From an uncultured bacterium (GTDB lineage: Bacteria > Verrucomicrobiota > Verrucomicrobiia > Chthoniobacterales > SZAS-18): a stretch of DNA of 64,000 nucleotides. The translations under genes were made by a program, and so were the position numbers. The notes beneath the pieces are model-generated. The model did not search any database. It worked only from the letters and a program-made list of their open reading frames with translations, and was not told the origin of the DNA. The stretch is taken from the NCBI GenBank assembly GCA_963766845.1, contig CAVYBS010000009.1:515735-579734 (forward strand), given 5' to 3'. Each line of letters begins with the position of its first letter. Position 1 is the stretch's first letter. Positions 20,603 through 32,708 of this stretch are shown here, in pieces.

Positions 20603-20850
20603 CTACTGTCCGCCGCCGATGCGCGGGTCGTTGGCGAGCGTGCCGAGGCTGGCCCTTGCCTTCCCAGCCTTGCGGCTTGTTCCAGGGGACGTTGCTCACC
20701 CGGTCGTCCCGGGAAGCATCGCCGTCCGGTCAACGGGCACGTCGTCGGTCACGCATCCTGAGAGCATCGTCACGGCTCCCACCAGACCCAGGCCGGCAAC
20801 ACGAGACGGCGGCCCGCCGCACCTGCCAACCACGAAGACAATTTTTTCAT
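20603..20850 (-). CDS. Small putative lipoprotein (frameshifted; absent as a single ORF from the track)
   Basis: ATG AAA AAA start, hydrophobic stretch with lipobox LSGC, then VSNVPWNKPQGWEG...NDPRIGGGQ TAG across frames. Confidence 0.5.
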
Positions 20851-20861
20851 ATCGAAGAGTT

Positions 20862-21641
20862 CTAGCTGCCCCCTGCAAAAACCACGGCGTCGCCCGGCTG
20901 CACGCTGACGCCTGCCGGGACGGAGTTCGGCACGATGTCCGCCACGGACTGCGAAGGCTCAACCGAAGTGATCCGCACCCGGCCCACCATGCTGCCGCCG
21001 CGCTGGATGATCATCGTCGCGTTGTTGTTGACGCCGTTGCGGTTGCCCAGGTTGAGCACCACGAAATTCCAGTTGCGGTCCACCGCGAGCACCCGGCCCG
21101 CGCAGGCCATTCATCGGCCTGGCCGTTCGCGCATGGCCGACTGCTCGCTGGTAAACCTGCGTCTGCGCCTGCGCGCTCTTGAGCTGGCATTCCAGACCAT
21201 CCTTGACGACCTTCAATTCGGCCCGCTGGTGTCGTGGCTCTTTCGAGTTCCTCGGTCACGCCGGGAGCCGGGGTCATCGTGGGCGGCGGGGTCGCGGCGG
21301 CCAGTTTGACGTTGAGGTCGGCGATCTCGCGTCCTTGGCCGTCGATGCTCTTCGGTGGCCGTGTCGACTTGCGCGTTGAGGTCGGTGACCTGCCGGTGGC
21401 GTGGCGGTGACTGCGTTTGCAGGTCGCTGGCCTTGGTGGCGGCCTCGGCGGCGGCTTCTCGGCCTTCTTCTGGGCGGTCCTTGGCCTTGGCGCGCGTCGC
21501 TCTGGGCGGCGGTCGACTGGGCCTGCGCGTGGGCGATCTCCGCCTGCTTGTCGGCCAGCTTGTTCTTGTTGAGAAAGCTCAGACCGAGGAGCCGAACGCA
21601 AGCAGCAGGACGAGCGGAGGCAATGAGAAAATCTTGGGCAT
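20862..21641 (-). CDS. Membrane-anchored coiled-coil protein with C-terminal beta domain (several frameshifts)
   Basis: MPKIFLIAS N-terminal TM, Ala/Gln/Lys coiled-coil pieces, C-terminal GRVLAVDRNWNFVVLNLG...VQPGDAV. Confidence 0.6.
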
Positions 21642-21798
21642 GATGACGGGGAGGAGGGATGGAACGGTCTGCATACGCGGCAGTCCGGGCGCGAGACGGC
21701 CGCGGATCCGGGCGGAAAATCGCCCAGTAAGTAATGGAAAAACCCGCCGCTGGCAAGCCTTTGCAGGCCGGACGAGAAAATTCCGTAAATTTCCGCGG

Positions 21799-21827
21799 TT
21801 GCCAGGCGGCACAGGGCGGGTTCTAGT
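21799..21827 (+). promoter_or_regulatory. Putative sigma70 promoter of SRP RNA
   Basis: TTGCCA-17 nt-TCTAGT ending about 7 nt before the SRP 5' stem. Confidence 0.55.
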
Positions 21828-21833
21828 GGCCGT

Positions 21834-21923
21834 GCCAGGGACTATGGATGAAAGCCTGACAAACCCCGCCAGGGCCGGAAGGCAGCAACGGTAGTCTGAG
21901 CTTGCTTGCCGTAGCTCTCTGGT
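21834..21923 (+). ncRNA. ffs: Small signal recognition particle RNA (4.5S)
   Basis: Domain IV-like AACCCCGCCAGGGCCGGAAGGCAGCAACGG with GGAA tetraloop; terminal stem CCAGGGACTATGG / CCGTAGCTCTCTGG; T-rich tail. Confidence 0.9.
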
Positions 21924-21991
21924 CTTTTTCTTTCCGACGGCGACTTGCCCGCGCCCGGGCGCGACCGCGCCCGCTTCGCTCGTCTCCCGCC

Positions 21992-23008
21992 ATGGAAATC
22001 CTCGTCACCGGCGGCGCCGGCTTCATCGGCTCGCATCTGGTCGAAGCGCCTGCTCGCCGACGGCCACGGCGTCGCCGTGCTCGACGACTTCAACGATTTC
22101 TACGATCCGCCATCAAGCACGCCAACCTCGCCGCCGTGCGCGGGCAGGTCGAACTCCACGAGGTCGATCTGCGCGACGCGGAGGAGGTCGCGCGCGCGGT
22201 GGGCCGGGGAGGTTCGACGCCATCGTCCATCTCGCCGCCCGCGCGGGCGTGCGGCCGTCGATCCACGAGCCGCGCCTGTACGTGGACACGAACATCACCG
22301 GCACGCTCAACCTGCTCGAAGCCGCGCGCGCGGGCGGGGTGCGGCGGTTCGTGTTCGCGTCCAGTTCGTCGGTGTACGGGCTGTGCCACGACCTGCCCTT
22401 CCGCGAGGACATGCCGCTGCCGGGCACGATCAGCCCCTACGCCGCCACCAAGCTCGCGGGCGAGCAGCTTTGCTCCAACTACGCGCACCTCTACGGCCTG
22501 CGCGCGGTGTGCCTGCGGTTTTTCAACGGCCTACGGCCCGCGCCAGCGGCCCGACCTGGCGATCCACCAGTTCACCCGGCGCATCCACCGCGGCCAGCCG
22601 ATCGACAGTTCGGCGACGGCTCCGCGCGGCGCGATTACACCTACATCGACGACATCGATCCAGGGCGTCGTGGCGGCGCTGGATTACGACGGCGCCGCTT
22701 TTCGACATCTTCAACCTCGGCGAAAGCGCGACGACCGCGTCTGCGCGACCTGATCGCGGCTGATCGAGACCGCCCTGGGCAAGCACGGCGCGCGATCCAA
22801 CCGCCTGCCCGAACAGCCCGGCGACGTGCCGCTGCACCTGCGCGGACATTTCCAAGGCCCGCCGGCTGCTCGGCTACCAGCCCGCGACGCCGATCGCGCG
22901 AGGGCATCCCGCGATTCGTGGAATGGTACCTCGCCTCCGAGCAAATGCACCGGCGCGACACGCCGCCGCGCGCGGGCCAGGCAGTCGGGTCGGCCGCGTC
23001 GAGTATGA
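21992..23008 (+). CDS. UDP-glucuronate 4-epimerase-like NAD-dependent epimerase (many frameshifts, 3' end approximate)
   Basis: TGGAGFIGSH, HLAARAGVRPS, FASSSSVYG, YAATK, YGPRQRPDLA, RDYTYIDD, FNLGES. Confidence 0.85.
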
Positions 23009-24161
23009 CACGGGACCGCTTCCCGGCCGACGACGTGGTGGAACTCTTGCAGGCGCTCGTGCGCGTGCCGCAGCGTCAACCCGACGGGCGACCCCGGCGT
23101 GGACGCGTCGACACCGGCGAGGCGCGCTGCGCGGAATGCGTCGCCGAAGCGCCTGGCGGACCTGCGGCGCGCGGGCCGAGCTGCAGGAAATCCTGCCCGG
23201 CCGGCCGAACGTGCGTCGGCCGTTTCCCCACCGACCGGCCCGGCAAGCCGAAGCTGCTGCTCTGCCCGCACCTCGACACGGTGAGCGTGCGCGGGATGAC
23301 GATCGATCCCTTCGCCGCCGAACGCCGCGACGGCCGGATCTACGGCCGCGGCGCGTGCGACACCAAGGGCACGATGGCCGCGATGCTCTGGGCGCTGGGC
23401 GAACTGCGCGACGACCTGCCGCGGCTGGCGCACGAGGTCTGGTTCGCCGGGCTGATGGGCGAGGAGGCGGGCAACGAGGGCGCCGCCGCGCTGGCGGCGG
23501 ACGTTCGCCGGACGGCGATTTCGCGCTGGTCGGCGAGCCGACGCGGCTGCCACATCGTCCACACGACCAAGGGCGTGACGTGGCTGCGGCTGACACGCGG
23601 GGCCGCGCCGCGCAAACGCCACGCCCGAGCGCGGCGAGAACGCCGATCTACAAGATGGCCGACGTGATCCGCTCCGTCCGCGACGAACTTCTGCCCGGCG
23701 TTTGCCCGCGGTGGCGGACCCGGTGCTCGGGGCGCGCGACGGCGAGCGTCGGGCACGATCCGGCGGCGGCAGCAAGATCAACATCGTGCCCGAGAGCCTG
23801 CGCGGTGGAACTGGACCTGCGCACCGTGCCCGCGCAGGGCCGGGCGGGTTTCGTGGACGAGGTCGCGCGCGGTCCTGCGGCGGGCGTGCCCGGATCTGGA
23901 AGTCGAGCACATGCGCAGCCACCGCGCCGCTGCGACACGGCGCCGGACCACCCGTGCATGCGGGCGCTGGAAGCGGCGGGCGGGCGGTGCGTGGGCGCGC
24001 CGTGGTTTTGCGACGGCAGCGTGCTGCAGGCGGGGGGGATTCCGGCGGTGGCGGCGGGGCCGGGCGACATCGCGCAGGCGCACACCGCCGACGAATGGCT
24101 CGCCGAGGACGACCTGCGCGCGGGGGTGGAGTTTTACAAGCGGTTCCTCGCGCAGATGTGA
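23005..24161 (+). CDS. M20/ArgE-DapE family metallo-hydrolase (frameshifted)
   Basis: HLDTV, GRGACDTKG, GEEAG, VGEPT, GPGDIAQAHTADEW. Confidence 0.87.
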
Positions 24162-24173
24162 GGCGCAAGCGTC

Positions 24174-24285
24174 GGTGGATGGCGTTTTCCGAACGGCATT
24201 GGTCAGGGTGCGGCGCTGCCGCCCGGATAAAACACGTGCCTGCGGCACAAACGGAACCAATGCCGTTCGGAGAACGCCATCCACC
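24174..24285. repeat. Inverted REP-like doublet (30-bp arms)
   Basis: GGTGGATGGCGTTTTCCGAACGGCATTGGT (24174-24203) versus ACCAATGCCGTTCGGAGAACGCCATCCACC (24256-24285), one mismatch. Confidence 0.8.
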
Positions 24286-24982
24286 TCGGAATGACCGGGC
24301 CTACCGGGTCTCGCGGGCGATCATCCGGACCCTGCTGTCCGGTTTCATCCGGCGGCGGCTGCACGGCGTCGAGAACATCGCCACACTCCGGCGGCAGCGG
24401 GGGGCGTTCATCCTGGCGTCCAGCCATATCAGCCACTTCGACGGCCCGATCCTGACCATGACCGTCCCCGGGGCCATCGACTGGCTGACGGCGGCCGAGT
24501 TCTTCCGGCCCGGCGGACTCGGGACGTGGATGCGCCGATCCGGCGGCATCCCCGTTTCCCGGGGCGGGAACGTTCTCGGCGCGGTGCGCGAGTCCCTCCG
24601 GCGGTTGCGGCGCGGGCGGGTGCTCGGCATCTTCCCGGAAGGCGGCATCCGCGCGGGAGCGGCCTCGGTCCTCGAAGGCGCACCGACGATGCGCGGGACG
24701 GCTTGGCTGGCGCGGCGCGAACGCGTCCCGGTGGTGCCGTGCGTGATCCTCGGCACGGATCGTTTGTACGTCGCGCGCCACTGGCGTCCGTGGCGCGGGC
24801 GGGTGCCGGTGTGGATCGGTTTCGGCCCGGCGATCCGGCCGGAAGAATGGGCGGACGCCCCGCCCGACCTGCTCGGAGAACGACTCCGGGCCCTTTACGC
24901 GGAGATGACACGGGTCTTTCAGTTGCAGCCGGACGATTTGCCGATGACTTCTCAGGGACGGAACGGGCAAACAGAACTTTAA
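24260..24982 (+). CDS. Lysophospholipid acyltransferase (PlsC family)
   Basis: SHISHFD (HX4D), GIFPEGG, VPVVPC; start uncertain. Confidence 0.85.
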   Translation: MPFGERHPPRNDRAYRVSRAIIRTLLSGFIRRRLHGVENIATLRRQRGAFILASSHISHFDGPILTMTVPGAIDWLTAAEFFRPGGLGTWMRRSGGIPVSRGGNVLGAVRESLRRLRRGRVLGIFPEGGIRAGAASVLEGAPTMRGTAWLARRERVPVVPCVILGTDRLYVARHWRPWRGRVPVWIGFGPAIRPEEWADAPPDLLGERLRALYAEMTRVFQLQPDDLPMTSQGRNGQTEL

Positions 24983-24983
24983 C

Positions 24984-26065
24984 ATGCCGCCCCGCCACCT
25001 CCAGCGCACCATCGACCAGCCCGCGCGGTCGCCGGTCCCGGCGTGGCGGGCGCGGGCGGGGGCCTGGGCGGCGGACACGTTCACCCTCGCGGTCCTCAAC
25101 CTCGTCCAAACCCGCCAGAGTGCGGCACGTCACTACGCCGGCGGAGTTCGCCGCCTACGCCGCCGCGCACGCCGACGATTCCCTGGAGGTTTACTATTCG
25201 GCCCCACCCGACGCTGGGTCGGAGGAACCCATCCTGCCCCCTGCCGACGCCGCGCCGTGCCTGGACAGCGCGGCCATCCCGGTCGCTTACCCGGTCGTGT
25301 GGCAGAGTCCGTACCCGAGCGGGTTCGCCGCCAACGACCGCGCGCGGGTGGATTTCTTCCCCGCCACCCGCCACTGGCCGGCCGCCCCGACGGTGTTCAT
25401 CCTCCACGCGCTCATGTCCGCTAGCGACCTCGGCTACCGGATGTGGGCGCGGGCATTTGGCCGGCGCGGATGGAACGCCTGTTTCGTCCACCTGCCCTAC
25501 CATTACAGCCGCAGGCCGCCGAGGATTTTTCAACGGTGAACTGGCCATCGGCAGCGACATGGTGCGCACGGTCGAGGCTTCCGCCAGGGCGTCAAGGAAC
25601 TGCGCCAACTCCGCCGCGCGATGCAGCGGGCGGGCGGGCGGGACTTCGGCCTGTGGGCGACGAGCTACGGCGGCTGGATCGGCTCGCTGTGGAGTTGCGT
25701 GGAAGGCGGCTTCCGTTTCATTGCGCTCGTGCAACCCATCATTGACTCACTCGACGTGATCTGGCGCAGCCCGGCCTCTCGCGCGATCCGGCGGCAACTG
25801 CGCCGCACCGGGGTTACCCCCGATTCGCCGGGGATGCCGACCCTCATGCGGCTCGGTTCGGCGGCGCTGCACCGTCCGCTCGACGACGCCCGGCGCGTGC
25901 TCCTGCTGGCCGGGGACTACGACACGCATCGTGCTGCCGGAAAGCCTGCGCGCCCTGAGCGAACGCTGGGCGGGCTCGCGCTACATCCGCGGCCCGCAGG
26001 GACATCTCGGCTTCACACTGATGCCCGAAGCGTTCCGGCAGTTGAAAATCGGCGGCTTCCTGTGA
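24984..26065 (+). CDS. Alpha/beta hydrolase domain protein (frameshifted)
   Basis: LPYHYSRRP, WATSYGG nucleophile elbow, AGDYD, QGH; pieces lie in three frames. Confidence 0.7.
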
Positions 26066-26136
26066 AGGCCCTCAGCGATTTTCTGGCGCGTGCGATTTTG
26101 CGCAGCCCTGACGAGGGATTGTAGGCGAGTACGACT

Positions 26137-26365
26137 CTTTCCGCAGCCCCGGCAGGGGCGGCAGAGAATAGCCCACGGCGCGAGCCGTGGGGAATGGCTC
26201 TCCTCATGCCACAGCCCCGGCAGGGGCGTAAGAAAACCCGCGTGATTGCCCGGAGTAGCGTGCATTTTTCTTACGCCCCTGCCGGGGCTGGCACGCTTTT
26301 GGATGACTTTCCCCACGGCTCGCGCCGTGGGCTGATTCTGCCGCCCCTGCCGGGGCTGCGGAAAG
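26137..26365. repeat. Nested palindromic REP-like unit (family A), copy 1
   Basis: Four GCCCCGGCAGGGGC / GCCCCTGCCGGGGC arms plus two CCCACGGCnnGnGCCGTGGG hairpins forming one long inverted repeat between convergent genes. Confidence 0.88.
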
Positions 26366-26382
26366 CCGCGCGGGATGAAACC

Positions 26383-28231
<1,849 letters not shown>

Positions 28232-28253
28232 CCGGCAGCGCCGGTCGTCCAAC

Positions 28254-28366
28254 CAAGGTAGGGTTGCCTCTCCGAGGCAATCCAAATATTTCCGGCGAGG
28301 CGCGCCGCGCGCACGGAAACCGTCCAAGCCAATCTTGGGACGGCTCGGAGAGCCATCCCTACCTTG
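28254..28366. repeat. GTAG-type REP doublet (REPIN-like, family B), copy A
   Basis: CAAGGTAGGGTTGCCTCTCCGAGGCAATCC ... CCAAGCCAATCTTGGGACGGCTCGGAGAGCCATCCCTACCTTG. Confidence 0.88.
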
Positions 28367-28495
28367 TTTGGAACGCCGCTGATGCGGCGGGAAGTCCGCG
28401 TTTTCTAGCGTCCATGAATAAGCGCAAAATCGCTGCGTCTATCCTAACAGCTCAATGTTAGTCCGCGGTTAACTTTCACACCGCAAAAAACCTCC

Positions 28496-28801
28496 ATGAA
28501 AAAACTCCTGCTCCTCGGCGCTGGATTGCTCAGCCTCTGCACGGTCGGCCTGACTACGGCCAAGGCCGGTCCTGACGACAACTACTATCGTCGCGGGGAC
28601 GACAACTATTATCGTCCCCGCACCGAGTACCGCGAACGCCACTATGACGAGCGCGACGACTATCCGCGCCACCACGTGGTCGTCCGCGAATACTGCGCAC
28701 CCCGCTACTACGTGGACGATTGTCCTCCGCGCTACTACTATCGCCGGCCGCACGTTAGTTTCTTTCTGCCCCTGCCGCCGCTCCCGTTGCCACCGTTTTG
28801 A
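28496..28801 (+). CDS. Small secreted Tyr/Arg/Asp-rich protein
   Basis: Signal peptide MKKLLLLG...AKA, repeated DDNYYR, Pro-rich tail. Confidence 0.75.
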   Translation: MKKLLLLGAGLLSLCTVGLTTAKAGPDDNYYRRGDDNYYRPRTEYRERHYDERDDYPRHHVVVREYCAPRYYVDDCPPRYYYRRPHVSFFLPLPPLPLPPF

Positions 28802-28837
28802 TTCCGGCGCGGGACGGCCCGCCAGAATCGCGCCGCT

Positions 28838-29835
28838 TCATCCGCGCTTGCTGCTCACGGCGAGGATTTCTTCCAGGACCTGTTCGCTCGTTGCACCCTC
28901 GGCCTCGCCCTCGAAATTCAGGATGATGCGGTGGCGCAACGACGGCAGCGCCGCCTTGTCGATGTCCGCGCGCGAAACGTGGTAGCGGCCGTCGAGCAAC
29001 GCGTAGATTTTCGCCGCCAGGATGAGCGCCTGCACTCCGCGCGGACTCGCCCCGTAGCGCACGAATTTCTTCGCCAGCGGCGCGGCCCCGGCGTTCTCCG
29101 GGTGCGTGGCCAGCACGAGCGCGATGGCGTGCGACTGCACCTCGCGCGTCATCGGCACCGTCGCGCACGATCTCGCGCATGGTCAGCACCTCCGGGCCGT
29201 CGATGACTTTTGCGATGCGCGGCGCGTCCGTCTGCGTCGTGCGGTCGAGGATCGCGTGGAGATCGTCGGCGGTCGGGAAGGTGACGTTCAGCTTGAAGAG
29301 GAACCGATCCAACTGCGCCTCGGGCAGCGGATAGGTGCCTTCCATTTCCAGCGGATTTTGCGTGGCCAACACCATGAAGGGTTCGTCCATGCGGTGCGTT
29401 TCGCCCGCGACGGTGACGTGTTTTTCCTGCATGGCTTCGAGCAGCGCGCTCTGGGTCTTGGGCGTCGCGCGGTTGATCTCGTCGGCCAGGAGGATGTTGG
29501 CAAACACCGGGCCGGGTTGGAACTGGAAACTTTTGCGCCCGTGTTCGTCCTCGCGGATGATGTTCGTGCCGATGATGTCCGAGGGCATCAGGTCGGGCGT
29601 GAATTGCACGCGCGAGAATCTGAGGCTCACCGCGTCGGCAAGCGTGCGCACGAGCATCGTCTTACCCAATCCCGGGACACCCTCCAGCAGCACGTGGCCC
29701 GCCGGCGAAAAACGCCACGAGCACGGCCTCGATGATCTCGCCCTGGCCGACGATCATGCGTCCGAGTTCATCGCGCACGCGCGCGAAACGGGTGCGGAAT
29801 TGTTCGGTCTGCGCGGCGGGGTCAGAGGAGGTCAT
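28838..29835 (-). CDS. moxR: MoxR family AAA+ ATPase (frameshifts near 29700 and 29160)
   Basis: [64 protein letters not shown]. Confidence 0.92.
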
Positions 29836-29913
29836 GGAAGAAATAGCGGGAATGAGAATGGCTGTAATCGACCGCAGGTTGAGTGTAACGTTCAACGATC
29901 ACCCGCCGGGTTC

Positions 29914-30134
29914 GGCAGCCCCGGCAGGGGCGGAAGAGGTTAGCCCACGGCGTGAGCCGTGGGAAGGATCATCTGAAAGCGCCAAAGCCCCGGCAGGGGC
30001 GGAAGAAAAGCGGCACGGTTGTTCTACAGGGCGCACGTCTTTTCTTACGCCCTTGCCAGGGCTGGACGCATTGATTCCACGATACCCACGGCTCACGCCG
30101 TGGGCTAACTTCTTCCGCCCCTGCCGGGGCTGCC
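29914..30134. repeat. Family A nested palindromic unit, copy 2
   Basis: Same arm architecture as 26137-26365. Confidence 0.88.
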
Positions 30135-30191
30135 AGAACGACGTAAACCACCCATCGTTGTGTAGGTGACGCTGCTTGCCTCTCGCCGGGG

Positions 30192-31880
30192 TCATTCCTT
30201 CGGCCGGATGTTCTCGAAATAACGCCGGATGTAAAAACGCGAACCCAGCGGGATGTTTTCCTGTTCGACGGTTTCCTGCGCGGCGGGGGCCAGCACGTCG
30301 TAAAGCTCCTTATAACGCCGCCCCGCCCTTGCCGGACCACCGCCGCCGGCCGCCGTCAGTTCTTGAAGGGATTCGCCTTCGCCCAGCAGACCTTCCAGGC
30401 GTTTCGCGTCGCCTTGTTTGGCGGCATCGGCGGGCCGGTCGCCGTAGAGTTTATCCGGGTGGCCGGAGTCGTGCTCGCTGCCGGGCATCCCGGAAGGGTT
30501 CTGGCCCGGGTTCGGGTCGCCGGATGGATTCTTGCCGAAGGATTCGACGGCCGCCAGCGACTGCCGACCCTCGTCTTGTCCATCCTGGGGTTGCCCCGGC
30601 GATTGACCGTCACCGTCGCCGGGGCGCAGTCCGTCCTTCATGTTTTCCAGTGAGTTGATGAGGTCTTGCAATTGCTTCTCGTTCATCGGCTGGCCACCCT
30701 TGCCATTGGAAGCTTGTTGCTGCTGCGGACCGTCTTTGCCCTGACCGTTCTGACCCGCACGCCGCAGGAGGTCCGCCAGACGCTGGAGCGCCTGCTGGCT
30801 GAGTTGCGGCTGGCCGGACTGCGCGCCCTGGGCGGCCTGTTCCATCTGGCGGGCCACCTCGTTTTTTTCCTGTTCGGTGAGCTTGGCGGATTGCTCCTGC
30901 ATCGACTGGGCAAGTTGCTGGAGCGCCTGCGAGGCGTTGCCTTGCTGCTGCAACTGCTGGAGGAGTTGCTCCAACTGCCCGGCGGCCTGTTCGAGGTGGC
31001 CGTTTTTGAGGGATTCGGCGGCGTCACGCGAAGGTTCGCTGGCCGCCAGCGCGGCGGCGAGCGCGGACAGTTCGCCGGGGGAAATTTTGCCTTCCTGACG
31101 GGCCTGCTTCATGGCGTTGAGCATCGCTTCGAGCGAGGAAATTTCCTTGAGCGCGCTTTTGCGGCGGTCGTCGTCAGTTTCGCGTTCGCCGGTTTTGAGA
31201 CGCGCGGCGCTTTTCTTCATCTCGTCGGCGATTTTGTCGAGTTCGGGCTGGTGGGCGTCGGGTTCGCGGCGCAGGCGCTCGGCGATTTTTTCCAGCGTGT
31301 CGGCACGCCGGGTGACGGCGGCAGCGAGCACCGGGTCGCGCGGGGGTTGGCCGATGCCGAGCGCCACGTAGAGCGCGAGCATCACATACGCGAGCATCGG
31401 CACGGGGATGAACCACGCCTTCCAAGGGAACCGGATCGGGATCGCCCGATGGAAGTCGAAGCCTTCGACAAAGCGCGTGCATTCCGCGAGAGCCGTTTCC
31501 TCGAACGGCGTGCGCTTGGCGGGCGCGCGCCCGGCCAACGTGAGCGCCGTGTGGAAGCGGTCGTGCGTCGCCGCGAGCCGGTCGATGCGCAACGCGGCAC
31601 GCACGAGCGATTTTCCGGTCCCCTCGCGGCGCAGGGTTTCCCCCAGAGCGAGCAGCAATGGCACGGACAATAAAAATTTGAGGAACCACCCGTCCCAAAG
31701 CGGTTGCCCGTTGAAGAAACGCATCACCCCCCCGAGAAGAACCGAACCGGCCGCCCACAGGAAGGAATACGCGTAAAACTCGACGAAATATTGCACCCAA
31801 AAACGCCGCCACACGGCGCGCAGGCGTGCCCGGATGATCCCGGCGACAGCGGGAGGCGCGACGGCTAGGGCAACGGTCAT
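30192..31880 (-). CDS. Membrane-anchored Gln-rich coiled-coil protein (MoxR-associated)
   Basis: N-terminal TMs, DRFHTAL, coiled coil, C-terminal ENIPLGSRFYIRRYFENI; upstream of moxR. Confidence 0.75.
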   Translation of the reverse strand: MTVALAVAPPAVAGIIRARLRAVWRRFWVQYFVEFYAYSFLWAAGSVLLGGVMRFFNGQPLWDGWFLKFLLSVPLLLALGETLRREGTGKSLVRAALRIDRLAATHDRFHTALTLAGRAPAKRTPFEETALAECTRFVEGFDFHRAIPIRFPWKAWFIPVPMLAYVMLALYVALGIGQPPRDPVLAAAVTRRADTLEKIAERLRREPDAHQPELDKIADEMKKSAARLKTGERETDDDRRKSALKEISSLEAMLNAMKQARQEGKISPGELSALAAALAASEPSRDAAESLKNGHLEQAAGQLEQLLQQLQQQGNASQALQQLAQSMQEQSAKLTEQEKNEVARQMEQAAQGAQSGQPQLSQQALQRLADLLRRAGQNGQGKDGPQQQQASNGKGGQPMNEKQLQDLINSLENMKDGLRPGDGDGQSPGQPQDGQDEGRQSLAAVESFGKNPSGDPNPGQNPSGMPGSEHDSGHPDKLYGDRPADAAKQGDAKRLEGLLGEGESLQELTAAGGGGPARAGRRYKELYDVLAPAAQETVEQENIPLGSRFYIRRYFENIRPKE

Positions 31881-32040
31881 GCGCGCAGAGCATAAGCCAA
31901 AACACGGAATCCGAAACGCAAAAGTCCGGCGGACCACGACGACGGAAGCAGCGCACGGCGAACGGACGGACTTTCCTTTCCGTCCCCTTCCAATCGGCGA
32001 GAATCCGCGTAACCTGCGGACGCCTTCCTGCCCGAAAACC

Positions 32041-32286
32041 ATGAAAATCGAAGCGCAATTTTTCTCCCGCTTGCGCGATCTGGCGGGGGCTTCGCGGATC
32101 GAACTCGACCTGCCGGCCGACGCAACGGTCGGCGACGCGCTCGCGCGGTTGTACGAAAACCATCCGGCGATGCGCCCGTGGGACAAACATTTGCTCCTGG
32201 CGGTCGGATTGGAATATGTTGGGCGCGAACACGTCTTGCAGGAGGGCGACAGCCTGTCGGTCATGCCGCCGGTGCAAGGCGGATAA
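32041..32286 (+). CDS. moaD: MoaD/ThiS sulfur carrier
   Basis: FFSRLRDLAG...LQEGD...MPPVQGG C-terminal GG. Confidence 0.88.
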   Translation: MKIEAQFFSRLRDLAGASRIELDLPADATVGDALARLYENHPAMRPWDKHLLLAVGLEYVGREHVLQEGDSLSVMPPVQGG

Positions 32287-32310
32287 AACAGGACGCTAAT
32301 TAACTCGAAA

Positions 32311-32706
32311 ATGACCTACCCATCGATGAACCATCCCGGCGCGGCGCGTTATCATTCCAAGGCAGCGTGGTTTGGCGTCCCGCTGCTGGCGGTCGCCTAC
32401 GGCCCGGACTTGCATAACAGCGAACGGTCCGGGCACGCACGCGGCATCGTGGCGGTCGGGGACACCGCGACGGGCGTCGTGGCGGTCGGGGGCGTGGCGT
32501 ACGGTCTGGTCGCCGTCGGGGGGATCAGCATCGGCATCTTTTCCGTCGGCGGGCTGGCCATCGGAATGCTGGCCTCGGGCGGAATGGCGCTCGGCGGGCT
32601 GGCCGACGGGGGTCTGGCAATCGGCGTGATCGCGGTGGGCGGGGTGGCCATCGGCATTGCCAAGGCCGTGGGCGGCGCAGCGCTGGTGCTCAAGAATTTC
32701 CTGTGA
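32311..32706 (+). CDS. Gly-rich small membrane protein
   Basis: ARGIVAVG followed by repeated GG(V/L)A(I/Y)G units. Confidence 0.7.
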   Translation: MTYPSMNHPGAARYHSKAAWFGVPLLAVAYGPDLHNSERSGHARGIVAVGDTATGVVAVGGVAYGLVAVGGISIGIFSVGGLAIGMLASGGMALGGLADGGLAIGVIAVGGVAIGIAKAVGGAALVLKNFL

Positions 32707-32708
32707 CC

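Noticed and set aside
22249-23667. Apparent epimerase-M20 hydrolase fusion
   Set aside because: Produced by frameshift errors; an ATGA overlap at 23005-23008 suggests two coupled genes
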